From positions 9,127,170 to 9,191,169 of the forward strand of contig NC_068984.1 in the NCBI RefSeq assembly GCF_001194135.2: a DNA stretch of 64,000 nucleotides. Reading direction: 5' to 3'. Shown piece after piece: positions 25,547 to 37,714 of this stretch. Below the pieces are notes generated by a model that was not told the DNA's origin, did not search any database, and saw only the letters and a list, made by a program, of their open reading frames with translations. Position 1 is the stretch's first letter; each line of letters opens with the position of its first letter. The translations under genes were made by a program, and so were the position numbers. This DNA comes from Octopus bimaculoides (lineage: Eukaryota).

Positions 25547-26432
25547 AATATATTTGTTCTAATTTTCTGGTATATATATATATATACACGTGTGTGTGTG
25601 TGTGTGTGTTTTCCATCTGCTAGAGACATGTTAGCACAACCGCTGTGCTTTTGGGGCCATTTGAGGCAGAAACATGTCTAGCTGTCCTCTTGTCTCTAAA
25701 TAATCAGTCTTTTCATTTATAGCATCTCAATTTTGGAGAACCATTTCAATTCAGTTTCAACTGACCCCAAACGTTTGTTCCTCCTTTTCTGGAAACAGGG
25801 ATAATTTCAGTAAATTCAGAATCTATATTTTATCCGATTTATTATACGCTTATTTTTCTTTATTGTTCAAATCCATGTCACTGACCACTTTGAGGTATTT
25901 CCCATTGTTCATTTTCTTTTTTTTTTTAGCAGTGGCATTAAAGGTGATGGGTGTAGGTGGTGCTGGTGGTTGTGGTAGTGTACTTAATGGTTCATTTGTT
26001 TTTGGTACAATTCTTCCATATTTGTTTTATTTTGTTTGTCAGTTTTTAAACGGGGATACAGTGTTAATAGGATGTCATCGTAAAACTGCTATGGCGGAGA
26101 GTTTGTGTATCGGAGCCTGCAACAACAAACTTACTCCTCACATCTCCCAATAAATTTTTGGTATTAGTAATTTTCAATGGTTGTGCGAATGAGGGAGACG
26201 AAGAGCACATTTTGAGCCACATTTCTCTGTTCTAATTAAATGTGATTATTTTAGCTTCCTATACTTTATTATGGGAGAGATGGGAGATCAAGGCAGAACA
26301 AACATATTTTACGTAGAATTGATTTTTTTAATCTCAATAATAATCTTAATATTTCTTTGTATCCCGGACGCAGTTTTTCTTTTTCTAATGTCTTCTGCAT
26401 GTTTTGTGAACGTTGTGCAATTTTGCATGTGA

Positions 26433-26560
26433 TTAATAGCAGATTTCTTTTTGTGTGTGTAATATGGTGTGATTGTTAAACGAGATGATTGGTCGTAAAT
26501 GAGGTTTCTTGGTCTTACTGGTAAGGATGGAGCGATTGTGACCTTGTCTGGTTATCCTGA
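26433..26560 (-). mobile_element. Possible Penelope-like RT remnant
   Basis: Short KTKKPHLRPIIS motif resembles the K(T/I)HKP..PLRPIIS motif of Penelope RTs; no other support. Confidence 0.22.
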
Positions 26561-26892
26561 ATATTTTGAAAGAATTTGTACGGGTTTGTTTAAGGAGTGG
26601 TGAGATTTGTCTATGATATCCTCTACGCACTAGACCTGTGTGTATATTTCGGGGATTAAAGGAAAGTCTAATATATACAAGTTACAAAGAATGTGGGAAA
26701 ATATTGTGATACTCAGTTCGAAAACGTGTTAGATTCTGCCGGATGTCGTATATAAGTGCAGACAGGACTTAGCCGTCGAAATCTTTGCAGATATCCATGA
26801 CACATCTAGGATATTGTTGATGACGTCAAATATTTTCGTTTGGGGTTTATGACTAAAGCACAATATGACCGTTACTTATTTCAGTAATAACA

Positions 26893-27040
26893 CTTTTACT
26901 CTTTTACTTGTTTCAGTCATTTGACTGCAGCCATGCTGGAGCACCGCCTTTATAGTCAAGCAAATCGATCCCAGAGCTTATTCTTTGTAATAAGCATCGG
27001 TTGTCAAGCGATGCTGGGGAGACAAACAGACACACAAACT

Positions 27041-27091
<51 letters not shown>

Positions 27092-27560
27092 TTATATTTA
27101 TATATTTATATATTTATATATTTGATCCTTTATATTGAACACTCAATATTTCATCTACATTCAATACTTTATTTCATGGTGCCATCCATTTTTATTTTAT
27201 TTTATATTATATATTGTATATTATATTATATATTGTATATTCCATATTCTATACCCCACATTAGTTCTGCAGGAATATAAATAAAACATAAAAAACAGAC
27301 AGTGTTGGAACTCTTTTAAGCAAAATAATATACTCCTCTATACACAATCATACAAAAAAATCCACCTTTTTTTGTATTTATTTTTACTCGCATATATATA
27401 TATACATATACGACGGGCTTCTTCCAGTTTCCGTCTACCAAATCCACTCACAAGGCTTTGCTCGGCCCGAGATATTTGTCCAAAGTGCCACGCAGTGGGA
27501 CTGAGCTCGGAACCATGTGGCTGGTATGCAAGCTACTTACCACAGATCCACTCCTTCGCC
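26893..27560 (-). mobile_element. SINE family B split by microsatellite and AT-rich insert (tail 26893-27040, head 27410-27560)
   Basis: Tail CAGTCATTTGACTGCAGCCATGCTGGAGCACCGCC; head CAGTTTCCGTCTACCAAATCCACTCACAAGGC...GCTACTTACCAC. Confidence 0.8.
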
Positions 27561-27834
27561 TTAAAAAATTATTGATTATTTTCATACGTATGTGATATTT
27601 TATAAAATAGTCGTTTATAGTTCTGATGGCTGATTTTCAAAATATATTTGATGTATTATCGTGGTATTGCGTATATTGCTCAAAGCTTTTATCGTTGTAT
27701 ATCTTGCGGGTTATCGCCATGGTTACAGATATTATTAATTCTAATTATTTTCTATAGATTTCCACTGCTGTATGTTCGATACAAATGAATATTTCTCCAA
27801 CTTCTTTGTTATTTCTTTTTCCTTTAGTATTTCT

Positions 27835-28048
27835 TTTTCTTGCTTCAGTCATTAGACTGCGGCCATGCTGGGGCACCGCCTGAAAGAATTTTCAATCGAA
27901 TGAATCGACCCCAGTACTCATAATTTTTGTCCTGGTACTTATTCTATCGGACGCTTTTGCCGTTGTGCTAGGTTATAAGAATATAAACACACCAACACCG
28001 GTTGTCAAGCGATGGTAGGGACAATCACAGACACAAAGACACACAAAG
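27835..28048 (-). mobile_element. SINE family B tail half
   Basis: CAGTCATTAGACTGCGGCCATGCTGGGGCACCGCC...GTTGTCAAGCGATGG. Confidence 0.85.
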
Positions 28049-28144
28049 ATATATTCGTTTATCTTTTTATATGTTTATATATGTTTCAACCCTAATGTTG
28101 TGGCTACGCTGGGGCACCGACAGTGTATATATATATATATATAT

Positions 28145-28225
<81 letters not shown>

Positions 28226-28404
28226 CAGAGTTTGAAGTGATGTACAGATATTGTGTATTTAGAATAATAAGGTAGTCAGAATGTTGGATGATATATATTT
28301 CTATTTACATTTTATTTACAATTTTATCGTTTCCTTTCTTTATCGGATTTATCAAAAAGTGGCTTAAATTTAGATTTATTGGCCTTTCTATATATGAAAA
28401 ATTA

Positions 28405-28452
<48 letters not shown>

Positions 28453-28877
28453 CATACATACAGACATATATACATATATATTCATATACATACACACATA
28501 CATACATACATGCATGCATACATATATATANNNNNNNNNNNNNNNNNNNNNNNNNNNNNNNNNNNNNNNNNNNNNNNNNNNNNNNNNNNNNNNNNNNNNN
28601 NNNNNNNNNNNNNNNNNNNNNNNNNNNNNNNNNNNNNNNNNNNNNNNNNNNNNNNNNNNNNNNNNNNNNNNNNNNNNNNNNNNNNNNNNNNNNNNNNNNN
28701 NNNNNNNNNNNNNNNNNNNNNNNNNNNNNNNNNNNNNNNNNNNNNNNNNNNNNNNNNNNNNNNNNNNNNNNNNNNNNNNNNNNNNNNNNNNNNNNNNNNN
28801 NNNNNNNNNNNNNNNNNNNNNNNNNNNNNNNNNNNNNNNNNNNNNNNNNNNNNNNNNNNNNNNNNNTATATATATAT

Positions 28878-28913
<36 letters not shown>

Positions 28914-28914
28914 T

Positions 28915-29560
28915 GGTTGTCTACTCCTTATGCAGAATTCAGACCCATTTGTTTCATCATGGTGTTTGATGTGGCTTTTTAAACCAGACAATGTCTTAAA
29001 GAGACACCCATATATATCGCATATCTGATTTGTGCCACCACGATCTGTAGTTAAGTTCTGATCTTTGTAGATATTAAAATATATTTTGAGGACACCGTTA
29101 GAATTGCTGACGTTATAGCATACATGTCATTGAAAGGTGTGCACAGATATATAGGCAGAATAGTTGGTGGAGGTTCGTTTTTCATGGCTACGCAAATGAG
29201 ATTTGAACTCAGCAAAAGAAAGGCATGATTTGTCACAAATTGTGCACACAAAAAGGTTATTGTGATTCACCTTCTCAATCACAACATTCTTCTTTAAATC
29301 TCTCTTGAGTCTTCCATACATTATCCTGACCTCTTCAAAGGCTTTCACTCCACTCCACACTTTTGTTCGCTATCCAGCTCGATCCGAAGCAAGGGTTTCT
29401 ATGTCTCCTGGGTCCATGCCAAGTGACTTCATGGTAGTCTTTATGCCCTCCGGAATGATATTTGATCTCTTTACAGAGCGTCTGTGTATCGGTTTGGTGT
29501 CTAGAACGAGAAAGCTTACCTGGTTTTGGCAACTATCATGGCACACTGGCGAAAGTCTTA
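28915..29560 (-). mobile_element. RTE-clade LINE 3' end (pseudogenised) with three tandem C2H2 zinc fingers
   Basis: One frame reads GIKTTMKSLGMDPGDIETLASDRAG*RTKVWSGVKAFEE (RTE C-terminal signature; TAG at 29370-29372 in place of W), then fingers at 29184-29246, 29067-29129 and 28959-29021. Confidence 0.75.
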
Positions 29561-30401
29561 TTGGGCCTATAGGTGGGGTGTAATTCAGTGCAAGCTACAG
29601 TCACTGAACATTATTCATCTGCACCACAGGTACTTCTTGTATACCAAATCTTAGTATATATATATATATATATATATCACGATATTTATATATGTATGTT
29701 ACAGTATTTTCATATATATATCACGGTATTTTAATACATCTATGATAGCCATTTTTTTAACACTACAGAGTCTACTCAAAGCCTTACATTTTACTTTTAA
29801 AAACCACAAGTATGAAGTGATCTGAGATGGTGGCCAGAAGACAGTTGTCGTGAAATTTCTATGCAGTTATAGTGGTTAGGTGCATAGAACGGCGCATAAC
29901 GTCTGGGAAAATGATGTTGTCTTCGTCTCGGTGAGGTCTATGGGTGAGTTTATATGGCATATTTAAGAAGCGGCGGCTGATTGTTTGCGATATTGTTGCG
30001 TCACCTCTTGTATTACCTGCGCTGTTTTGTACCAGTATGCGGTATAGGTATTTGTGCTTCCGTCAATACGTGAGCTGAATTCTTGTATTGATTAAGTGAA
30101 CTTGATGGGAAGTTTGCTTCATTTCATAGTTTGTTCGTTTTTTTTTTTTTGTGGGGAAGGGTATGATTTTTCTGAGACTGTTTTCGTACTTTAAATTAAA
30201 GGACGAACGCTTTGTATCTATGCTTCCCTCAAGCTATGTATGTCATGAGGACTTCTCTTATGTAAATCTCTTCTACCTCATCAATATACAATTTCGAGTT
30301 TATGCTTGAGTTATAATTTTTTTATTTCTTGAACAACAACAATGTGAATGTCATACTTTCTGACGTTTGTTATTTCCATAAAGACGTTTATATTACAGTG
30401 T

Positions 30402-30556
30402 GTTTAAATTTCTGTGCATTTCCTTTTTTTCGTTTCTGTGCATTTCGTTTAAATTTCTGTCCATTTCGTTTTTTCGTTTCTGTGCATTTCGTTTAAATTT
30501 CTGTGCATTTCGTTTAAATTTCTGTGCATTTCGTTTAAATTTCTGTGCATTTCGTA
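30402..30556. repeat. 21-24 bp minisatellite (GTTTAAATTTCTGTGCATTTC)n
   Basis: About 7 imperfect tandem units. Confidence 0.9.
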
Positions 30557-31680
30557 TGTTGTATATATTCGTTGTTTCTGTGTACTTTTATGTATGAGGC
30601 GTCCATGTTTACGTTTCCAGTTTAAATTTACTGCAGGACTATGACTGTAAGAAGAGAGATATTTACGACACAACCAGATTTCCTTGTGAGTTTTTAAGAG
30701 TTTATACGAGATTTTCATGGTTTTTGTTGTCTGTTTAAGTACGTCAGTCTGTGGTGGGTTGTATTAGCCTTCAGAATATTTTGTTTCATGTTTGGTGCTG
30801 AGGAGTGTTATTCGTGTTGTTTTTCATGTTACGTATGGTACCGCATGCCTACTCTTACTACACAAACCTGTGACGAATTGCTATCATCTCACTAAAACTA
30901 CAACAGAAAAGAGGATCGGTCTGTCTTCTTTTTGCAGATATATCTAAGACTATGGTAACCGATATATTTAATCCATTTTAAAATTGTGTGATAAATTTGA
31001 GAATCATTGCCTGCCATTTGTAAAATTGCAAAACTATATTTGCATAGACAATTTATCTCAGAAAGTAACCGTTTGCGGGTGAGGTAGAAAAGAAAGGCCT
31101 GAGTTCATCTTGATATGTTTGTACTACATTATTGAAACATAAATCTAGAAAATAATTCTTTTGGTTGGTAAATGTGGAAATTACAGCACTTCTGTGTTAT
31201 AGAAAATTTTGAGACACGCACTTACTTAGACTTGAACGTGTATATATGTGTGTGTGTATGTATGTATATATATGTATATATATATATATATGTGTGTGTG
31301 TGTCCATATATATGTGTATATATATNNNNNNNNNNNNNNNNNNNNNNNNNNNNNNNNNNNNNNNNNNNNNNNNNNNNNNNNNNNNNNNNNNNNNNNNNNN
31401 NNNNNNNNNNNNNNNNNNNNNNNNNNNNNNNNNNNNNNNNNNNNNNNNNNNNNNNNNNNNNNNNNNNNNNNNNNNNNNNNNNNNNNNNNNNNNNNNNNNN
31501 NNNNNNNNNNNNNNNNNNNNNNNNNNNNNNNNNNNNNNNNNNNNNNNNNNNNNNNNNNNNNNNNNNNNNNNNNNNNNNNNNNNNNNNNNNNNNNNNNNNN
31601 NNNNNNNNNNNNNNNNNNNNNNNNNNNNNNNNNNNNNNNNNNNNNNNNNNNNNNNNNNNNNNNNNNNNNNNNNNNNNNNN

Positions 31681-31718
<38 letters not shown>

Positions 31719-32623
31719 GTATACCCGTGTATATGTACTTATCTACCTTGCTATCTATGTATGTATCTCCGTATCTATCAGTTGAGAAAATACACACACA
31801 CACACATACAAACACACACACATACATAGACACACACACACATATATTCACACACATATATATAAATGTACGCGTGCAAGCATGTGTAACACATGTATAT
31901 AAACATTGTTTAGATAGAGAAAGATTTTTATTGAAGCATACATGCATATTAATACAAACTATTTTGTATATTGATACAAAACAACTTGCTCGACATATAT
32001 ACATATGAACAAATATACATGTGTGTGTGTGTGTGTGGTTGTGTGTGTGTGCATCTGTGTATGAGTGTCTTCCTGTATTGAGTGTGCATCACGTGTGTCA
32101 TAGTATGTGTGCATATGTGAGTTTTTCCCCTTGTATGAGTGTTCCTGTGATCTTAAATTTGTACATATTTGCATAATTCAAAATTGAATGGCTACACATC
32201 TTCTTGAAAGCGCAGTGATATGCATGTAATTGTAAATCTATATTTCGCAAAAAATATGTAAGAAATGAAATAATGAAAAGAACAAATCCATGTTTGATTA
32301 CATCGGCTTCTCCTTCTTCTTCTCTCAATGTACTTTAAAGCAAGTCTAACCTACATCTATAGATTTCCTTACTGTAGTGTTTCAATATTCTAGTATATAG
32401 TTTTGTGAATTTTGTCATCCGTGTAAAAAAAAAAAATACAATTCTGTATCAATGAGTCGCAGAGAAAAATCGTTTCTGGAAGGGGTACTATTTATATCTG
32501 AGACACATAGCCGCAGTGTATCTGTTTACGTGAGTCTCTCTGTGTCTGCTCAAAATGCCTCTGTATCTCTCTGAATACTTATATATATATTTATATGTGT
32601 GTGTCTATGTGTGGGTGATTGTG

Positions 32624-32658
<35 letters not shown>

Positions 32659-33419
32659 GTATGTGTGTACGTTTATATATGTGTGTGTATGTGTGTATGT
32701 ATGTATATGCATATATATATATTATATATATGTATATATATATANNNNNNNNNNNNNNNNNNNNNNNNNNNNNNNNNNNNNNNNNNNNNNNNNNNNNNNN
32801 NNNNNNNNNNNNNNNNNNNNNNNNNNNNNNNNNNNNNNNNNNNNNNNNNNNNNNNNNNNNNNNNNNNNNNNNNNNNNNNNNNNNNNNNNNNNNNNNNNNN
32901 NNNNNNNNNNNNNNNNNNNNNNNNNNNNNNNNNNNNNNNNNNNNNNNNNNNNNNNNNNNNNNNNNNNNNNNNNNNNNNNNNNNNNNNNNNNNNNNNNNNN
33001 NNNNNNNNNNNNNNNNNNNNNNNNNNNNNNNNNNNNNNNNNNNNNNNNNNNNNNNNNNNNNNNNNNNNNNNNNNNNNNNNNNNNNNNNNNNNNNNNNNNN
33101 NNNNNNNNNNNNNNNNNNNNNNNNNNNNNNNNNNNNNNNNNNNNNNNNNNNNNNNNNNNNNNNNNNNNNNNNNNNNNNNNNNNNNNNNNNNNNNNNNNNN
33201 NNNNNNNNNNNNNNNNNNNNNNNNNNNNNNNNNNNNNNNNNNNNNNNNNNNNNNNNNNNNNNNNNNTATATATACATATATATATAAACATCAAAAATTT
33301 CGAGCTTCCAATAATAAAATATAGATATAATAATTTCCATTTAGTTCTGCCGTGAGCTCTAGGAGTGTTGACACCAGAGCTTAATCTGACTTCCATTGCG
33401 TTTGACTGAGATTAGTCCG

Positions 33420-33585
33420 TCACTGGTCTATCTTTCCAGCCATTAATGGAACTCTTTTACAGCTGAGTAAACTGGAGCAAAATGAAATGAAGGCATTGCT
33501 TATATACACAACTCCGGTGAACCTGATGCCGGTTCCTAACTCGAAACCAGGACTGTTACCATTAGTCACTGTACGTTCTCTATAT
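33420..33585 (-). mobile_element. SINE family C, diverged
   Basis: CAGCTGAGTAAACTGGAGCAAAATGAAATGAAG is the reverse complement of the family C body. Confidence 0.65.
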
Positions 33586-34667
33586 TCTTCAATAGATACA
33601 GAAATATGAAAAATAATACGAATTGCATTTTGAATCATTAAGCAAATTTGACACAGAAAAATTATATCCGACGTATATAGAGGGTGACAGGTGTGTTATG
33701 CAGCATGAAAACTTCAATAAAATATTCACTGTGGAGGACAAAAACCTCTTGTGAGATAAAATGCAAATCTTCTACAAATAGCTATACAAAAAATACTAAC
33801 TAAACAAGATTTTTTTAAGCCTTGACAAATAGAAAAACTGGCTAAAATGACAGTTACATGGAGAAATAAGAAAGTTTAGAAATTGTGAATACACAAAAAG
33901 TTATGCTTAAAGGGAGATGGAGAATAACATGGTAGGATAAGAAAAAAATACTTCCTTCAAAGATAATAGCGGAAAAAAATTAACAGGAATAAATAGAAGA
34001 AATTTTAATGGTGGATGCGAAGTACATGATATTTTTAAAGTTGTTGCTTTATGGCGAAACAGAATTAAGGTGTTTCAACGAGAAACAAATAAAAATTAGA
34101 CATTCAGTGAAAAAACAAGAAGTATATATATGTTGTTGCTTCATGTACGAATATTGGTTTAGTTTTAGCTTGGTCAGCTTTCACTCAAATTAGGGAATAA
34201 CAAGTGTACTGATTTCTTGATCGGAGCGAATATTGTGACTCAGCTAAGAATGTTCGAGAATGTTTGAGACTGAGGTGGCCAAATTAAGTTGAAACACCAA
34301 TGTGCGACGATCCGTTGACGACCTCTTTCGGAGCACGCTTTGAGTTTGTTCACACACAAGTTTCTTTGAGAAGTTTCTCATTCATCATATATTAAAGCTA
34401 GTGACGTTCTACTAGTGTACATACGTTATAAATGCTACACAAGCCATAATAAATTTCCTGCAGCATAATTAGAGGCTGCAGCAAAGAATTAGCTGCGTTG
34501 TTTCTGCCTGTCTAATATTAAACAAAGAGGAATAAATCTATAGGTATGAAAGAGATGGAACTTAAATACTCTGAAATTTATACCAACAGCATTATAACAT
34601 AGCAAGGGAATATACACTTGTAAAGGTGTACTTAAGATTGTCTAATTGTACGAGAAAGCGATTGTAT

Positions 34668-34864
34668 TCTTTTCTACTCTGGGCACAAGGCCGGAAATTT
34701 TGGGGGAGAAGGCCAGTTGATTAGATCGACCCAGTATGAAACTGGTATTTAATTTATCGTTCTCGAAAGGATGAAAGGCAAAGTCGACATCGGCGGAATT
34801 TGAACTCAGAACATAAAGACAGACGAAATACCGCTAAGCATTTCGCCCGGCTTGCTAACGTTTC
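34668..34864 (-). mobile_element. SINE family A, tail type 1, head cut at GAAACG
   Basis: Intact core and B box. Confidence 0.9.
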
Positions 34865-35070
34865 TTATTTCTTTATTGCTCACAAGGGGCTACACACAGA
34901 GGGGACAAACAAGGAGAGATAAAGGGATTAAGTCGATTATATCGACCGCAGTGCATAACTGGTATTTATTTAATCGACCTCGGCGGAATTTGAACTGAGA
35001 AGGTAACAGCAGATGAAATACTGGTAAGCATTTCGCCCGGCGCGCTAACGATTCTGCCAGCTCGCTGCCC
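34865..35070 (-). mobile_element. SINE family A, tail type 2, 27-nt core deletion
   Basis: TAATCGACCTCGGCGG junction lacks CCGAAAGGATGAAAGGCAAAGTCGACC. Confidence 0.9.
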
Positions 35071-35883
35071 TAGAGGAAGTAACTATATTGTGAGATATGC
35101 TAATGCAGTCATGTACGAAAGTCAAGTCAACTTGCCGGAAATTGCTCTCAGATATCAGTTGCAAATAAAGTGTCTCTCAGGGGCATTGCCGTTCCCAACA
35201 GTTGACAGAGGGAAAAAAAGAAAGAAATTAACACTAAAAATATTAGTGCATGACCCGTTGTTTTATGACTAATATAAGTAATATATTGTTTTATTGGAAA
35301 TAAAGTTATATACTCAACAAATAATTCAGTCAGAGAGGATAAAATGATGTTGAAATAAAAATGTTTCCTATAACAGATCAAAATAAATTTGAAACCAATA
35401 TAAATAGTTCAAAATCTATATTAGCTTTTAACTGTTTATATCTCGAATATATACAACAAACCACAAACAGTAAATTTTAGCAATCGATATCGGTATACAA
35501 TGACTTTGTGAATTTTAGATTTTCATTACTGGGATGTCGGTGAAATCATCTTAGTAAAGGAAACTGGCTGACGGATCCCCAAATCTACTGAAAACAACAT
35601 ACAGTTTGCCGTGTATGAACACGTCTGTAGGGTTATAAAGTCGGTATTAAAGAGAGAAAAACAACCACTAATGCGTATATTTCCTTGAGAGAATTTTAAA
35701 GAGCAGAGATTCATAATTTTCTTTACATTTTGTAATAAACTTACTTCTTGGGTGAATTTTATTTAATTTCCAGAATGTTAACTGAGAAATATGTATGTGT
35801 GCATCTGCGTACACACAAGCACGCACATACAACTGTACGCAAGCACACACACATACACGCACACAACACATATATACATAAAT

Positions 35884-36145
35884 ACATTATTTACATTATT
35901 TACATTTGATGGATATTTGTCCTCATCTTGTTTGTTGTTAACACAACGTTTCGGCTGATATACCCTCCAGCCTTCATCAGGTGTCTTGGGGAAAGTTCGA
36001 ACCTGGGTTCTCCTTCCTAAGGTATTTTTCGATGTACTTATTATTATTCTTATTATTGTTATTCAGGTCACTGCCTGGAATAGAACTCGGAATCTTGGGG
36101 TTAGTAGCCCGCGCTCTTAACAACTACGGCATATGCACGTGGGCT
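35884..36145 (-). mobile_element. tRNA-headed SINE-like element carrying a hammerhead ribozyme
   Basis: Minus strand: A-box-like TGCCGTAGTTG, anticodon-like loop CTACTAA, B box GAGTTCTATTCC, (AAT)-rich linker, hammerhead, tail ending (AATGTAAAT)n; tail also found at 12568. Confidence 0.7.
35940..35985 (-). ncRNA. Minimal type I hammerhead ribozyme (Penelope-type)
   Basis: 5'-GACAC CUGAUGA A GGCUG gaggguauau CAGCC GAAA CG UU^GUGUU-3': intact core, 5-bp stems I and II, palindromic ACGU stem III. Confidence 0.8.
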
Positions 36146-36173
36146 TTTTTTATGGCATAGTGGTTAAGAGCGA

Positions 36174-36290
36174 TAAAATAACAGTTCCACAATGTAACTT
36201 ATCGTTTTGTAGAAAGAAAAACAGCCAGACAGAGGAAATATCTTCATTTATATAAGAAGATCAAAAATAAAATCACAAATGGGAAAAAAG
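36174..36290 (+). repeat. Unassigned interspersed repeat, copy 1
   Basis: Clearly aligns with 42141-42245 (AAAATAACAGTTCCACAATGTAACTT...GAGGAAATATCTTCAT...GATCAAAAATAAAATCACA). Confidence 0.8.
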
Positions 36291-36418
36291 AGAAACGAAC
36301 ACGCAATAATGAGGGATCGATGGTAGGTGTATCGAAACAATTGTTGTGATTAATAATAAATCCTCGTATATTCCATTTCCGTTTCTCATTTGCCATATAT
36401 ATAAGTGTGTTATGTGTG

Positions 36419-36467
<49 letters not shown>

Positions 36468-36674
36468 CGAGATTTGACCAATAAGTATTCAGACTGTTGT
36501 CATAGTAATGACGCAAAAAGATACAGAGTAAGGCCGCTTGGCACAGACTGACCTTGAACTCTAAGTTCATGCGCACTAAGTTTTAACATTCTTGCTCACT
36601 TCCACTGTTTACAGCAGTGTTTGGAAGGGAGGTGTGTAGCGTGTGATCGACGCATTGGCTATGACAGAGAAAGT

Positions 36675-36866
36675 TGTCATGGCGATACCTGCTCAAAGGC
36701 CTATGCAAAGTTACAGAAAGTGTATGGAGGAGGAATGTATGAGATGCACCCAAGTGTACGAGCGGTTCAGACGTTTCCAAGATGGCCGAAAAATGTCGAT
36801 ATTGACGAACGTTCTAGGAGGCCCAAAACAAGCAGATTTGAGAAAAACATCGCAGATTTGAGAAAT
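36675..36866 (+). mobile_element. Mariner transposase N-terminal (HTH) remnant, frameshifted
   Basis: AYAKLQKVYG / EECMRCTQVYERFRRFQDGR / NVDIDERSRRPKTSRFEKNIADLR across two frameshifts. Confidence 0.85.
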
Positions 36867-37289
36867 ACATCGCAGATGTGCGAACAGCCGTGAGGGAAAA
36901 TCATCGACGCTCTAACCACTGAGCCATGCGCCATCACAATAATTAGTAAGGTCTAGTAAAATCTGAAAGCCGAAATTTTCGTTGGAATTTATGAAAAATC
37001 TCACCAAGGAAGCAGAAAGATGTAAACAAAATTCTAAATATGTAGCACACGCGTAATACAAAGAATATTTTGGGTGATTAAGAAGAGAGAACTTCAAAGA
37101 ATACATTCCACGTAGACAGAGGCCATAGGTCAGAGTTCGAAAGAACTATGAAATTACCTAATAAAAATAACAACACTGAAAGTATTGCTACTACTATAAA
37201 TATTAATTATTAATTATTAATATTCATTATTTATTATTAATTAATTAACTAGACATAAGCCCTTGAAAATTGTTGGAGGAAGGGGCTAT

Positions 37290-37405
37290 TTCCTCAGCGG
37301 AATTTGAACTTAGAACGTAGCAGCAGAAGAAATTCCGCTAAGCACTTCGTCCAGTCTGCTAACGATTCTGTCTGCTCACAGCCTTAATAATTCGTTTCTA
37401 CTATA
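37290..37405 (-). mobile_element. SINE family A head fragment
   Basis: GCGGAATTTGAACTTAGAACG...CCGCTAAGCACTTCG. Confidence 0.8.
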
Positions 37406-37414
37406 GGCACAAAG

Positions 37415-37616
37415 CCGGAAATTTGTTGGGAGAGATAGAGGAGGAGACCAGTCGATTATATCGACCCCAATGCGTAGCTGGTACTTAGTTTATTGACCCC
37501 GAAAGGATGAAAGACAAAATCGACCTCGGCGGAATTTGAACTCAGAACGTATCAGCGGACGAAATACCGCTAAGCATTTCGCCCAGCGTGCTAACGATTC
37601 TGCCAACCCGTGGCCT
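37415..37616 (-). mobile_element. SINE family A, tail type 1
   Basis: Full length. Confidence 0.9.
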
Positions 37617-37632
37617 TAATAATGATAATAAC

Positions 37633-37713
<81 letters not shown>
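37617..37713. repeat. (TAA)n microsatellite, left flank of the R4/Dong fragment
   Basis: Direct tandem repeat. Confidence 0.95.

Positions 37714-37714
<1 letters not shown>

Noticed and set aside
30402-30556. Regularly spaced repeats as a CRISPR-like array
   Set aside because: Units are directly tandem with no unique spacers, and the context is eukaryotic
36300-36350. ATAATGA-GGGAT...ATC-GAAA-CAATTG-TT hammerhead-like string
   Set aside because: Two core substitutions and no in-register stem I; mentioned only as context
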